Counted from the first letter of the stretch, positions 21,595 through 30,696 are shown. The stretch: 64,000 nt of DNA from an uncultured delta proteobacterium (GCA_963708295.1 CAVPSJ010000011.1:2138-66137); one strand, 5' to 3'. A program made the numbers and translations. Notes: generated by a model from the sequence alone, not told the origin.

Positions 21595-21607
21595 TCCTAT
21601 CCCCTCA

Positions 21608-21648
21608 CTATTATTTACCGCCTTGTTGAATGTTGCGGCCTGACCCCT
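21608..21648. repeat. 41-bp repeat, copy 1 (5' flank of the transposase fragment)
   Basis: The sequence is CTATTATTTACCGCCTTGTTGAATGTTGCGGCCTGACCCCT. It matches 23518..23558 at 37/41 positions in the same orientation. Confidence 0.7.
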
Positions 21649-21978
21649 CTATATTTTCGGGCCAAATGCCCGCTGTTTAATCAATCCTATTAGTTCGTCA
21701 GACATCCCTAATTCAGTCACGAAAGAGGATTCTTGTTTTGTTGTCCTTCCCGACCAACTCAATAATTGAAAATGATGCAATCAGGAACTTACGTTTTCCA
21801 CCAGATCTGATATATCTTCCCGTTCAGTCCGGGCACGCAGCCCGTTGTAGCTAAATACCCCTTTAATTCTTTTGGACCCAACTTCTATACTTCTACTGAT
21901 CTTGCCTTGATAGTAACAAACATAACTGATTCAAAGAAAGGGCAATAGGCGACTATCAATGTCACATAACAGCCACCA

Positions 21979-23447
21979 TTAAGAACAAGATAAAAAGAGG
22001 ACGCAATGGCATGTAATTAAAAATACGGTGGCACCAAAGGGACGGGAAAATGTTTTATTAGTCATGATCTTAACGCTCGTACCACGTAAAACCGGTTTTC
22101 CCTGACCGCCGTTCGAAAGTGACCAACTGTAGTTTGCCCTAAGACTGGGTGGACTGACAAACCCTAACCCTCTGTCCAAGCGCATTGCGTGCTTGGTGAA
22201 TGATATGATATTTCCACTCGCACCCAATACCCGATTGATACCTGTGACTCCATGACCGGAGACTGGAAGTTAGTTAGCTGAGTCTTGCAGTGGGCTTACT
22301 ATGGCTGTCCACACGACTTGATAACCCGTTAACGACCCAGAAATAAACCAGCAGGGGCGCGACCAATACCCGGCAACCGACAGGGCTCCAATATTCCAAT
22401 CGCTCGTACTCTAGTTCCAACATTGAACCAGAAATCGTCCAGCTAAACGGTCCAGGTAACCAGTGGAGTAGAAATGCTGATACTCGCAGTCAATCAAAAT
22501 CCGCATGGCTCGGCAACAAAACAAGTCCCGTCCGGGTCGACTAAGGTTGATTGGATTATTTCCCGACGTAGCAGTAAAGATTCGGATCTCCGCCCAGGAA
22601 CCTTATCGGGTCCTTGTTGATAAATCTCCCCACCTCCGGGTCATAGTACCTTGCCCGCATGTAGACAGACCACTGTCGTCATCCATTACGCCGTACTGCC
22701 CTACAAACGTGAATGGATTCGGAACCGTCTCAACCGCATTCAACAGATTCCCAAACTCATCGTAAGCATACTTGTTCACCATGTTGCCAGCTGGAATCCG
22801 TCATGGCAACGGTGTTGGCTGAGCCGTCGAAGTGATAATAATACACATTGGAGCCAGCTGATCTTGGCCACAAGACCCATCCCATCATAGACGTAGTAGC
22901 TCGTGATATTATTGGCCCCATCCATTTCAGCAATCACCTGCGGAAGGAATCCATTGGGATCGACCAGATACTTTGTAACGGTTCCGTTGACTGTTTTTGA
23001 GACTCTGTTAAACAACCCGTCATACTGATACTGAATATTGAGAGAAGGAGACGAAACATTGGTAAGTCTATCCTGAGAGTCAAAGGTATGGGTTGTCGTA
23101 ATGCTATCTTTGGTCTTCGTGTAGAGGTTGCCGTTCAGGTCATATTGATAAGTGGCTGTGCCCGCAGAAGTGAGGAAATTGCCGGTGGTGTATAGCCGTA
23201 GTCAATGCTTCCCAGGGGAAGCGTCCAGCTCAGCGGCTCCTCAGACAGAGACATTTATTTTATTCCCAACCCCATCCAGGGTGTAGGTGTATTGGGAGAT
23301 GATCCCTCCCGGGCGGTTATTGGTAAGCCCTGTCAACCTATTTCTGTTGTCATAATCGAAGGTGGTATATGCGCCATTCGGGTAATGAATGCTCGTCAGG
23401 TTCCCTTTGTAATTGTTCTCGTCGTAATGGTAATCGATGATGCCTGC
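21979..23447 (-). pseudogene. Orphan Rhs cassette: degraded copy of the last ~300 core codons plus a divergent, broken C-terminal tip
   Basis: 23447..22540 aligns by eye at roughly 90% identity with 25672..24765 of the main Rhs gene. Matching peptides include GIIDYHYDENNYKGNLTSIHYPNG, FNRVSKT..GTVT.YLVDPNGFLPQVIAEMDGA.NIT.YYVYDGMGLVAKIS and [36 protein letters not shown]. Several frameshifts are present. Homology stops at the DPxG motif (VDPDGT here, VDPLGL in the main copy). Downstream frames 22540..21979 are different and interrupted. Confidence 0.75.
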
Positions 23448-23517
23448 CGGTCCCACTGTCCACCAGACCTCTCATATTATTTAACAGATTTAACTACGTT
23501 CCCTATTCCTTGTCCTC

Positions 23518-23558
23518 CTATCATTTACCCCCTTGTTGAATGTTGCGGTCTGCCCCCT
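23518..23558. repeat. 41-bp repeat, copy 2 (abuts the 5' breakpoint of the orphan Rhs cassette)
   Basis: The sequence is CTATCATTTACCCCCTTGTTGAATGTTGCGGTCTGCCCCCT. See copy 1 at 21608..21648. Confidence 0.7.
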
Positions 23559-23805
23559 GTTCGTTCTTTCTTTTCCTGCGAATGCCCTCAAGCCATATTA
23601 CGAACATCAATAAACCTGCGATTCCGTTCATGGCAAGTATAGCAATAATTAAATCTAAAATAGACTTATTTTGACCCCGAAAAAAAATTAGTGACGTGAT
23701 TGTTGCATACAAAAACGGCATGAATCGATACGCGGGCTTTTGCCATCTTAATACCGCAACAATGACAATAATGATTAAGCCAGCTATTGTAAGAACCGCT
23801 ATCAT
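23521..23805 (-). CDS. Small three-TM membrane protein (candidate orphan immunity protein)
   Basis: The 94-aa ORF begins MIAVLTIAGLIIIVIVAVL and has two further hydrophobic helices. Its ATG overlaps (ATGA) the stop of an upstream start-less reading frame. GGAG lies a few nt upstream. Confidence 0.45.
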   Translation of the reverse strand: MIAVLTIAGLIIIVIVAVLRWQKPAYRFMPFLYATITSLIFFRGQNKSILDLIIAILAMNGIAGLLMFVIWLEGIRRKRKNEQGADRNIQQGGK

Positions 23806-23990
23806 TTCTCCGATCTCTCGGCGTGGAAGAATTCAAAGAGATGGGCAGAAACCGGGATAGCCACCTTTGGCGGCGCTTCAGCCAGCTCGAAAAGCTCCCT
23901 TCCGCACAGCGTAAACCGATTGTCCAGGTCATCGATGCCTTCCTGGAAAGAGAAAAACTAAAGAAAGCATCGTGAAGAGACTGCCAAATA

Positions 23991-24319
23991 CTACACTTTA
24001 AAAAAAAGCAACCAAATCATAAAGATAAACGGAAGGAACAAAAAAAGTGCTATGAGTGACAGGAATATAAATCTGGCCGCAGCCCGCCTTAAGGCATCCG
24101 TGTTCTCGTCTTGTCTCGATAACTGTTTAATATCTTCCCGCCAAATAAAAAAAGGGTCCATCTTTTCATTAATCCGAAAAACTGTTCTTGTGCCCAAGAT
24201 TTGATTAGCCTGGTCAGGGAAACTCTTATACAGTGATTTCCTAAATTTGATTACAAGCAAGCAGGTATAAATACCCAATGCAAAATAGCAAGCCGAAACC
24301 AACAAAATAACTTCAAACA
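23991..24319 (-). CDS. Small membrane protein immediately downstream of the Rhs gene (candidate cognate immunity protein)
   Basis: The internal start MFEVILLVSACYFALGIYTCLLVIKF lies 4 nt after the Rhs TGA (..AGGTGATTGTGATG..), and the GGTGA spanning that stop can serve as its RBS. The product is 109 aa with an N-terminal TM helix and a C-terminal TM pair (FIFLSLIALFLFLPFIFMIWLLFF). The longer 168-aa ORF in the track overlaps the Rhs coding end and is unlikely to be real. Confidence 0.5.
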
Positions 24320-24325
24320 TCACAA

Positions 24326-26569
24326 TCACCTCACGGGATAGATTTCTATCTGCCTTCGGTAAACAGGTATAATTACAGTAGGACCTACAAATACCTGAGG
24401 TGTGAAAATCGGACCTATGCCAATACCGAGTACTCCAAAATCCCACCCTGTATAAGACGAATTGGCGTATTGGCTGGGCGTCGGCCATCCCGACCAAACA
24501 TGACCGACCTCGAATTGAAGGGGACCTCCATAAGGGATATTAGCGGCTACTCCAGCGACCGTACCCATGCCGTTCAATTTGTCAATACAAGGAGCATCAG
24601 TGACAGTAAACCCGCCAGTGACCCCTGCTGAGATCGACAGACCCATAGCGGGGGTAACTTGTATGCCAACATTGCCTTTATCATCCCAGACAATTCCAAT
24701 TGTGAAATCCGCGACAATGAACGTAAAATTGAGTCTCGCTGCCACTGTCCGCAATCCGAGAGGGTCCACCCGGTTGATTGGGTTATTTTGGACGTAGCAA
24801 TAAAGATTCGGGTCTCCGCCCGCAAACCTTATCGGGTCCTTATTGATAAACCGCCCCACCTCCGGATCGTAATATCTTGCCCGCATGTAGAGTAGCCCGC
24901 TGTCATCATCCATCACGCCGTATCGCCCTACAAACGTGAACGGATTCGGAACCGTCTCAACCGCATTCAATAGATTCCCGAATTCATCATAAGCATACTT
25001 ATTAACCATGTTGCCGGCGGCATCCGTCATGGCAATGGTGTTGGCTGAGCCATCGTAGTGGTAGTAATAGACATTGGAACCACTGATCTTGGCCACAAGA
25101 CCCATTCCGTCATAGACGTAGTAGTCGGTGATATTATCGGCCCCATCCATTTCAGCAATCACTTGCGGGAGGAATCCGTTGGGATCGACCAGATACCTTG
25201 TAACGGTCCCGCTGGCTGTTTTTGAAACTCTGTTAAACAACCCGTCATACTGATACTGAATGTTGAGAGAAGGAGACGAAACATTGGTGAGTCTATCCTG
25301 AGAGTCAAAGGTATAAGTTGTCGTAATGCTGTCTTTAGTCTTCGTGTAGAGATTGCCATTGGGGTCATATTGATAAGTGGCCGTGCCCGCGGAAGTGAGG
25401 AAATTGCCGGGGTCATAGTCGTAGTCTAGGCTCCCCGAAGGAAGCGTCCAGCTCAGCGGCTCCTCGAAAGAGACGTTTATCTTGTTCCCGACGCCATCCA
25501 GGGTGTAGGTGTATTGGGAGATAATCCCTCCTGGTCCATTATTGGTAAGGCTTACCAGCCTGTTTCTGGTGTCATAACCGTACGTGGTATAGGTCCCATT
25601 CGGGTAATGAATGCTCGTCAGGTTCCCTTTGTAATTGTTCTCGTCATAATGGTAATCGATGATGCCTGCCCCGTTGGGCAAAGTGATCATCGAAAGGCGG
25701 TTGTAAGGATCATAATCGTAACGAACAGTCCCGAAGACGGTTGCAATCGTTTCCAGTTTGCCGACTTCGGTATAAGTGTAGTCAATCCTTTTCCCACTGG
25801 GATAAGTCACATGCTTCAGGCGATTGAGTTCATCATGCTCAAAGGTTGTCGGTCCCGTACCATCGGCCATCGAATTTATGTTTCCCGCCCAATCGTAACC
25901 ATAACCAATCGATATGGCGGAACTGGCAAGGCTCGTCGGTCTATTGTTCTTGTTATAACCGTAATCGGTCTGCTGGAGCTTGCGGTTTTTCTTCCATTTC
26001 AATGTTCCCACGGGATAATAATCGAACTCCTCGCCCGGGGTTCCCTCCGGATAGAAGATCTTCTGGAGGCGGTCCACCAGGGGGAAATATGCAAACTCCG
26101 TCGTCTGGCTTTCCGCGTCAATAAGGTATCTGACATTCCCGTTTGCATCGTACTGATACTCTGTCACACCTCCGGCCGGATCAAAGACTTTCCTGAGCCT
26201 GTTGTCTGCGTCGGGCAGATAGGTAGTCGTGTTACCATTCTCGTCTTTTACACTGCTCTGGCCGCAGCAAAAATAATTGTACTCGACGGTTTTCCCGTCA
26301 GGGTAGGTGATTTTTTTGAGCCGGTCGATACCATCCAGTTCATAATAGGTCGTATTCAACCTAGAATCAGTAATGCTCGTAAGGCGACTCACGTCGTCAT
26401 ATCCATAAGTGGTGGTAAGAGCGTAAGGAGGGGAGCTAATGGTTGGACCGGTCGCGGTTTCAAGGTCGCCATGGTTGTTGTAGAGGAACGTGGTGGTGTA
26501 ACCTCGTGCATCCGTAAAACGTGTCAGCTGCCCCTTTCCAGGAGGGTTAGGAGGGTCGTCATAAAACAA
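24326..26569 (-). CDS. Rhs/YD-repeat protein, intact C-terminal 747 codons (YD shell, PxxxxDPxGL boundary, 141-aa unrecognised tip)
   Basis: The ORF is dense in YD repeats (xYxYDxxGNL/R). The core end reads [47 protein letters not shown]. The tip is RTVAARLNFTFIVADFTIGIVWDDKGNVGIQ...VIIPVYRRQIEIYPVR. The ATG at 26569 is probably internal to a once-longer gene. Confidence 0.85.
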   Translation of the reverse strand: MFYDDPPNPPGKGQLTRFTDARGYTTTFLYNNHGDLETATGPTISSPPYALTTTYGYDDVSRLTSITDSRLNTTYYELDGIDRLKKITYPDGKTVEYNYFCCGQSSVKDENGNTTTYLPDADNRLRKVFDPAGGVTEYQYDANGNVRYLIDAESQTTEFAYFPLVDRLQKIFYPEGTPGEEFDYYPVGTLKWKKNRKLQQTDYGYNKNNRPTSLASSAISIGYGYDWAGNINSMADGTGPTTFEHDELNRLKHVTYPSGKRIDYTYTEVGKLETIATVFGTVRYDYDPYNRLSMITLPNGAGIIDYHYDENNYKGNLTSIHYPNGTYTTYGYDTRNRLVSLTNNGPGGIISQYTYTLDGVGNKINVSFEEPLSWTLPSGSLDYDYDPGNFLTSAGTATYQYDPNGNLYTKTKDSITTTYTFDSQDRLTNVSSPSLNIQYQYDGLFNRVSKTASGTVTRYLVDPNGFLPQVIAEMDGADNITDYYVYDGMGLVAKISGSNVYYYHYDGSANTIAMTDAAGNMVNKYAYDEFGNLLNAVETVPNPFTFVGRYGVMDDDSGLLYMRARYYDPEVGRFINKDPIRFAGGDPNLYCYVQNNPINRVDPLGLRTVAARLNFTFIVADFTIGIVWDDKGNVGIQVTPAMGLSISAGVTGGFTVTDAPCIDKLNGMGTVAGVAANIPYGGPLQFEVGHVWSGWPTPSQYANSSYTGWDFGVLGIGIGPIFTPQVFVGPTVIIPVYRRQIEIYPVR

Positions 26570-28933
26570 TTGAGTAACGTTGTTCTTGGGATCGGTAATG
26601 GTTTTCAGGTTCCAATGTACCGTATCCCAGTATTGGAAAGTATATTTATAGGCTGGATTGCGGGGGTCGATGATTTCTTTCAGGTAATCTCTCTCAATTA
26701 CCGTCGCGCGGCCAATAAGTAAAGGTGGTTTGACATTTAGGGTTTTGTTGCATCACATTCCGCATCGCTGATACTTGTGATATCTCCAGAACCGTTATAT
26801 ACGATTGTGGTCTTGTTTTCATTGGGATCGGTGATAGTGTTCCGGTTGCAGTGACTATCATAGGTAAAAATGGTCTGGTTACCTGAGGCATCTCTGAAAT
26901 TAGCCGTTCCGCAAGCAATTGGATGATAAATCGTCCAGTTGCCGCGAGCGTCCCTGATTCCTGCATCGTCTTGAGCGTACGGGGTTGGGCAAACACCAAT
27001 CGGGTAAACGCAAAGAGCGTACACTCTGGTATTTGCGGGGATCCATAGGATCGGTAATCGAAGAAACGTAATCCGCGTCAACGGAGATTGTTGAGTAAAA
27101 TAGCCTATCAGGGTTGTCCTCTCGGTCGTCCCGTTCAAAGTTTGGTTTAATTGAGTTCAAATTAACGTAGCGATCTGTAGAGTAACCATAGGTTACCGTA
27201 TTGTTTTCCATGTCCGTCTGCGTCTTAAGGTTTCCGTTCTCGTAGTATGTAAAGGAAGCCTGCCTGCCTAAATAATCTGTAATTACATCTTACCTTGTTG
27301 GTACCTGGCCAATAAGTGAAAGTGGTTGTTCTCAAAGCGGCGTCGGTGATACTCGTAAGATTACCTGAAATAGACATCGTATTGGAATGTAACGGCATTT
27401 CCGTTTCGGTCTACAATGCTGGTCAACTTCCCGCTGCTATTAAAAATCTGGGTAGTCTTATCTTTTTTTATCCGAAGTGAAAAGGTACTATTCTCACCAG
27501 TCCCATGTTTTACCAATTCATCATAGACGCCTGTGGGAGGGGTAATAGGCTCCGGTTCCATCATTTTTAGGCGACGAAGTAGGCGTGGATTCTGCCCGAA
27601 CCCCTTCGCAGCTGTAACCGACGCCACCGGGCATTCTCGGTGAGGACAACATTGTAACTAAAGGTCCAGCCCGGCCCAAAGATGCCGTCATATGAGGCAT
27701 CTGCATTGTACGTCCTTTTAATTTCGATCCTGGGTCCAAGTCCCTTGATACGATAGATCAATATCTTCAATGACCAGGTTAAGGCCGTATGTGTTTACCA
27801 ATATTTTTGGCATTCCACCTCTGGAATTACAACCCTTTAATGGTCCCTCGATTTTGTCAAAAATGAAGTTAGGATTATCCTCAGGGCCGCCGAGGTCTGA
27901 ATTTGGACAGCAAGAACATACCCCACCCTGAAGAGATTCCATTTGTTTTTTTGTCAAAAGCGAATATTTACTTTGTTTATCTGACTTCTTCACCAAAAGC
28001 GAGGACATTTCCAGTCCAGTCTCTCTCCAAGATATCTTTCGAATAAATAATTGGCCTGTCTCCTCTTTCAGGGTCTATGATCTTATATTGTTTTTGGCCA
28101 ACCGAAAGAACAACAACGTAATGGCCTGGCCTAACGCAATGCAATGACGGGCAACTGAAATGTACTGAGTTGATCAATGGTTACGCTCAATCCAAAAGCG
28201 CTCAGGCCTTTGGCGGCTGCAATCTTTCTAAGCTCTTCCATTGAGACCTGATTACTTTCAGGTGACATGGAGCCCGCCATATCCTCTTCTAAGATTTTAT
28301 CTGCCATTCCTTTGGATTTAAGAATCACAGATAAGGCCTTCGGCCCGCATGACGCAGATTTGTTTTGCTTAGACATACCTCTCAACATATAGATTTTTTT
28401 TAACCAACTTGAACAGTACCTCAGTTGGTCCCAATCTTTCGTCTCTGCCAAAACTTCTTTCAAAAGAGCGATGGCCGCATCGTACATTCCGCGGGAGGTA
28501 TAGATACAAGCGATGCTGGTCTTGGCGTCATGAGCCTGTCTCGTTCCAGGAATGATCGCTATCCCCTTTTGAAACTCATCTATCGCTTCGTCCCAATGAT
28601 TATTGAATTTCAAGTATAAGCCAACCTGCATATGCGCGAGGGCGGCCAGAGGGGTTGAAGGGACACTTTGAATGACGAGACCTGTATTTCTGCATTGCCT
28701 GATCCCATTTCCTAGCCTGCCAGTTATCATTAGCCTCCTGATGCAAAGAGTACACCTGATGATATTCCGGGTCGTTCAGCATACTGCCCTAAAATGGATG
28801 CTTGGGGCAGTTGAGACCCAGGGCAGGTCGGACAAGGAGCATTGGCCGGCTGGGCTAAAACGGGGGTGAATAAACTGGAGCAAGTGGAGATTATTCCAAG
28901 ACAAAGGACCAGGATTATTCTCTTGAAATGCAT
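26570..28933 (-). pseudogene. N-terminal part of the same Rhs gene, broken by about 10 frameshifts/stops: signal peptide, TPR, C39-like cysteine peptidase domain, GG-motif linker, first YD repeats
   Basis: The start MHFKRIILVLCLGIISTCSSLFTPVLAQPANA is at 28933 with RBS GGGAGG. The reading then hops between ORFs 28730..29077, 28600..28782, 28131..28730, 27977..28177, 27718..28008, 27567..27770, 27361..27627, 26737..27138 and 26694..26999. The C39 signature is QNKSASCGPKALSVIL ... GHYVVVLSVGQKQYKIIDP. The Rhs entry motif is YNADASYDGIFGPGWTFSY. Confidence 0.7.
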
Positions 28934-29161
28934 AGGTGACCTCCCTGGACTCAAAGAAAAAAACGTGACGGTGTCTGTGATTCGTGTCCGGAGCTTACAT
29001 ATGTAAGAAATAATCTTATCCACCCCATCCCCTCCCTTACCTTCCCCTTGAAGGGGAGGGAATATTTGAGTTAGCACTTATGCCCAGCAAGGGGAGAGAA
29101 GGTATCACTGGCATTTTATTTGTTTGAAGGTAACGCACCCGTCATCAACTAATTAATAATT

Positions 29162-29182
29162 CGTCGGCATTAAATGCCGACG
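29162..29182. other. Perfect 9-bp stem / 3-nt loop hairpin in an AT-rich context
   Basis: The sequence CGTCGGCAT-TAA-ATGCCGACG is flanked by AATTAATAATT. Confidence 0.6.
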
Positions 29183-29202
29183 CTACATTGTCTCAAAATA
29201 AA

Positions 29203-29236
29203 AGCCTGCACATCCATTATAAATGTCAGGCTTTTT
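29203..29236. terminator. Bidirectional intrinsic-terminator-like hairpin in the divergent Rhs/purM intergenic region
   Basis: AGCCTG(C)ACAT - CCATTATAA - ATGTCAGGCT is followed by TTTTT on the + strand. The reverse complement is followed by TTTTATTTT. Confidence 0.45.
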
Positions 29237-29464
29237 GAATTTCTCCTTTCACCACTTTTCCCCTCCCAAAAAAAGGGGCCTGCACGCATGCGGCTCCTCG
29301 CCCGCGGCATGTTGACCATTGAAAACCACCTTTCGAAAACTTTGTCAAGCGGTTTTTTCAACGGGATCTGAATTCAGAATTACTTACATGATTAATTGCT
29401 GTAAGAGGCCCTGGAAGAGGGCAGGAGTTTGGCTTACAACCGTTTACCTTGCCCGCGATTCGAT

Positions 29465-29493
29465 TTGACATTTTAGGGGGTATCGGATAATCT
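29465..29493 (+). promoter_or_regulatory. Sigma70-type promoter candidate for purM
   Basis: TTGACA, a 17-nt spacer, then TAATCT. The -10 element ends 15 nt upstream of the purM start. Confidence 0.4.
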
Positions 29494-29507
29494 AAAACAT
29501 ATTTTCG

Positions 29508-30566
29508 TTGAGAAAGAGGAAGATCGTGAAGAAATTTTCTTACAAAGATGCAGGGGTGGATATCGAAAAGGGAGACGCCTTTGTTCAGGCGATCAAACCC
29601 ATGGTGGAATCGACGTTCCGACCGGAGGTTTTGACGAAAATCGGCGGGTTTGCAGGCTGCGTGTCACTCAATCTGGAACGGTATAAGAAGCCGATTCTCG
29701 TCTCCTCCACCGATGGCGTAGGAACAAAGCTGAAGATTGCTTTCTTGATGGATCGCCACGATACCGTCGGGATTGACCTCGTCGCGATGTGCGTTAATGA
29801 TATCGTCGTCTGTGGAGCAAAACCTCTCTTCTTCCTGGATTACTTGGCGACTTCCAAGCTGGATACCCAAAAGTCGATCAAGGTGGTTTCCGGAATTGTC
29901 AAAGGGTGTATCGAAGCCGACTGTTCTCTCATCGGCGGGGAGACGGCTGAAATGCCAGGGTTTTATAAAAAAGGGGACTACGATTTGGCTGGATTCGCGG
30001 TAGGCATTGTCGAGGATTCTCAATTGATCGACGGATCGGGTGTAACCGTCGGAGACAAAATCATCGGGATTGCCTCCAGCGGGCTGCATAGCAACGGATA
30101 TTCTTTAGTAAGAAAACTGGTTTTTGATCAGCACAAAATGGAATTGGGGGAGCGTGTGGAAGAGCTTGGAGGAGCCTTAGGCGATGAGCTGCTCCGTCCG
30201 ACTCGGATTTATGTCAAGACCATTCTCAACATTACACGAGACTTCAATATCGGCGGAATTGCCCATATTACCGGTGGAGGTATTACCGGAAACCTTCCTC
30301 GAGTGATTCCGAGGGGCTGCAAAGCGATTGTCCGAAAGGGGACGTGGGAGGTTCCGCCCATCTTTACCTTTCTGAAGGAGAAGGGGAATATCCCTGAGGA
30401 AGAGATGTTTCGCACTTTCAATAGCGGGATCGGAATGATCCTTGTCGTCAGGGCCAAGGACGTCCAAGAAATCTCAACCCGGCTTCATTCGTTAGGCGAA
30501 AAGGCTTTTATCATCGGCGAGGTGGGAAAGACTGAAAGCGAACAAGTGAAGATCGACCTTGTTTGA
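29508..30566 (+). CDS. purM: Phosphoribosylformylglycinamidine cyclo-ligase (AIR synthetase)
   Basis: The 352-aa ORF contains SYKDAGVDI, GGFAG and STDGVGTKLKIA. Confidence 0.95.
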   Translation: MRKRKIVKKFSYKDAGVDIEKGDAFVQAIKPMVESTFRPEVLTKIGGFAGCVSLNLERYKKPILVSSTDGVGTKLKIAFLMDRHDTVGIDLVAMCVNDIVVCGAKPLFFLDYLATSKLDTQKSIKVVSGIVKGCIEADCSLIGGETAEMPGFYKKGDYDLAGFAVGIVEDSQLIDGSGVTVGDKIIGIASSGLHSNGYSLVRKLVFDQHKMELGERVEELGGALGDELLRPTRIYVKTILNITRDFNIGGIAHITGGGITGNLPRVIPRGCKAIVRKGTWEVPPIFTFLKEKGNIPEEEMFRTFNSGIGMILVVRAKDVQEISTRLHSLGEKAFIIGEVGKTESEQVKIDLV

Positions 30567-30696
30567 CCGTTCATTTCGAAAGAATATCTTCTGCATCTTT
30601 TATCGTATTACGCATTCTCATGGTCTTTAGCCCATCGCCCATGCTTCCCCTCAGGTCGAGCGGATCGGGATCAAGAGGAAAGAGGCTGAAAGTTCG

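Noticed and set aside
22540-25672. A diversity-generating retroelement (template/variable repeat pair) as an explanation for the two ~0.9-kb Rhs copies
   Set aside because: Differences between the copies are of all substitution types plus indels and are not concentrated at adenines. No reverse transcriptase gene is nearby. The copy boundary coincides with the Rhs DPxG tip boundary, as expected for orphan cassettes.
25514-26722. A 402-aa ORF on the + strand, antisense to the Rhs gene
   Set aside because: It lies entirely opposite the well-supported YD-repeat reading frame. Its sequence is low-complexity (runs of V, I and R) with no recognisable motif or RBS. This is a typical shadow ORF of a repeat-rich gene.
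29170-29371. Overlapping 63-aa (minus) and 65-aa (plus) ORFs in the Rhs/purM intergenic region
   Set aside because: Both read straight through the hairpin and terminator structures. Neither has a convincing RBS, and both have arbitrary-looking composition. A noncoding function is more plausible.
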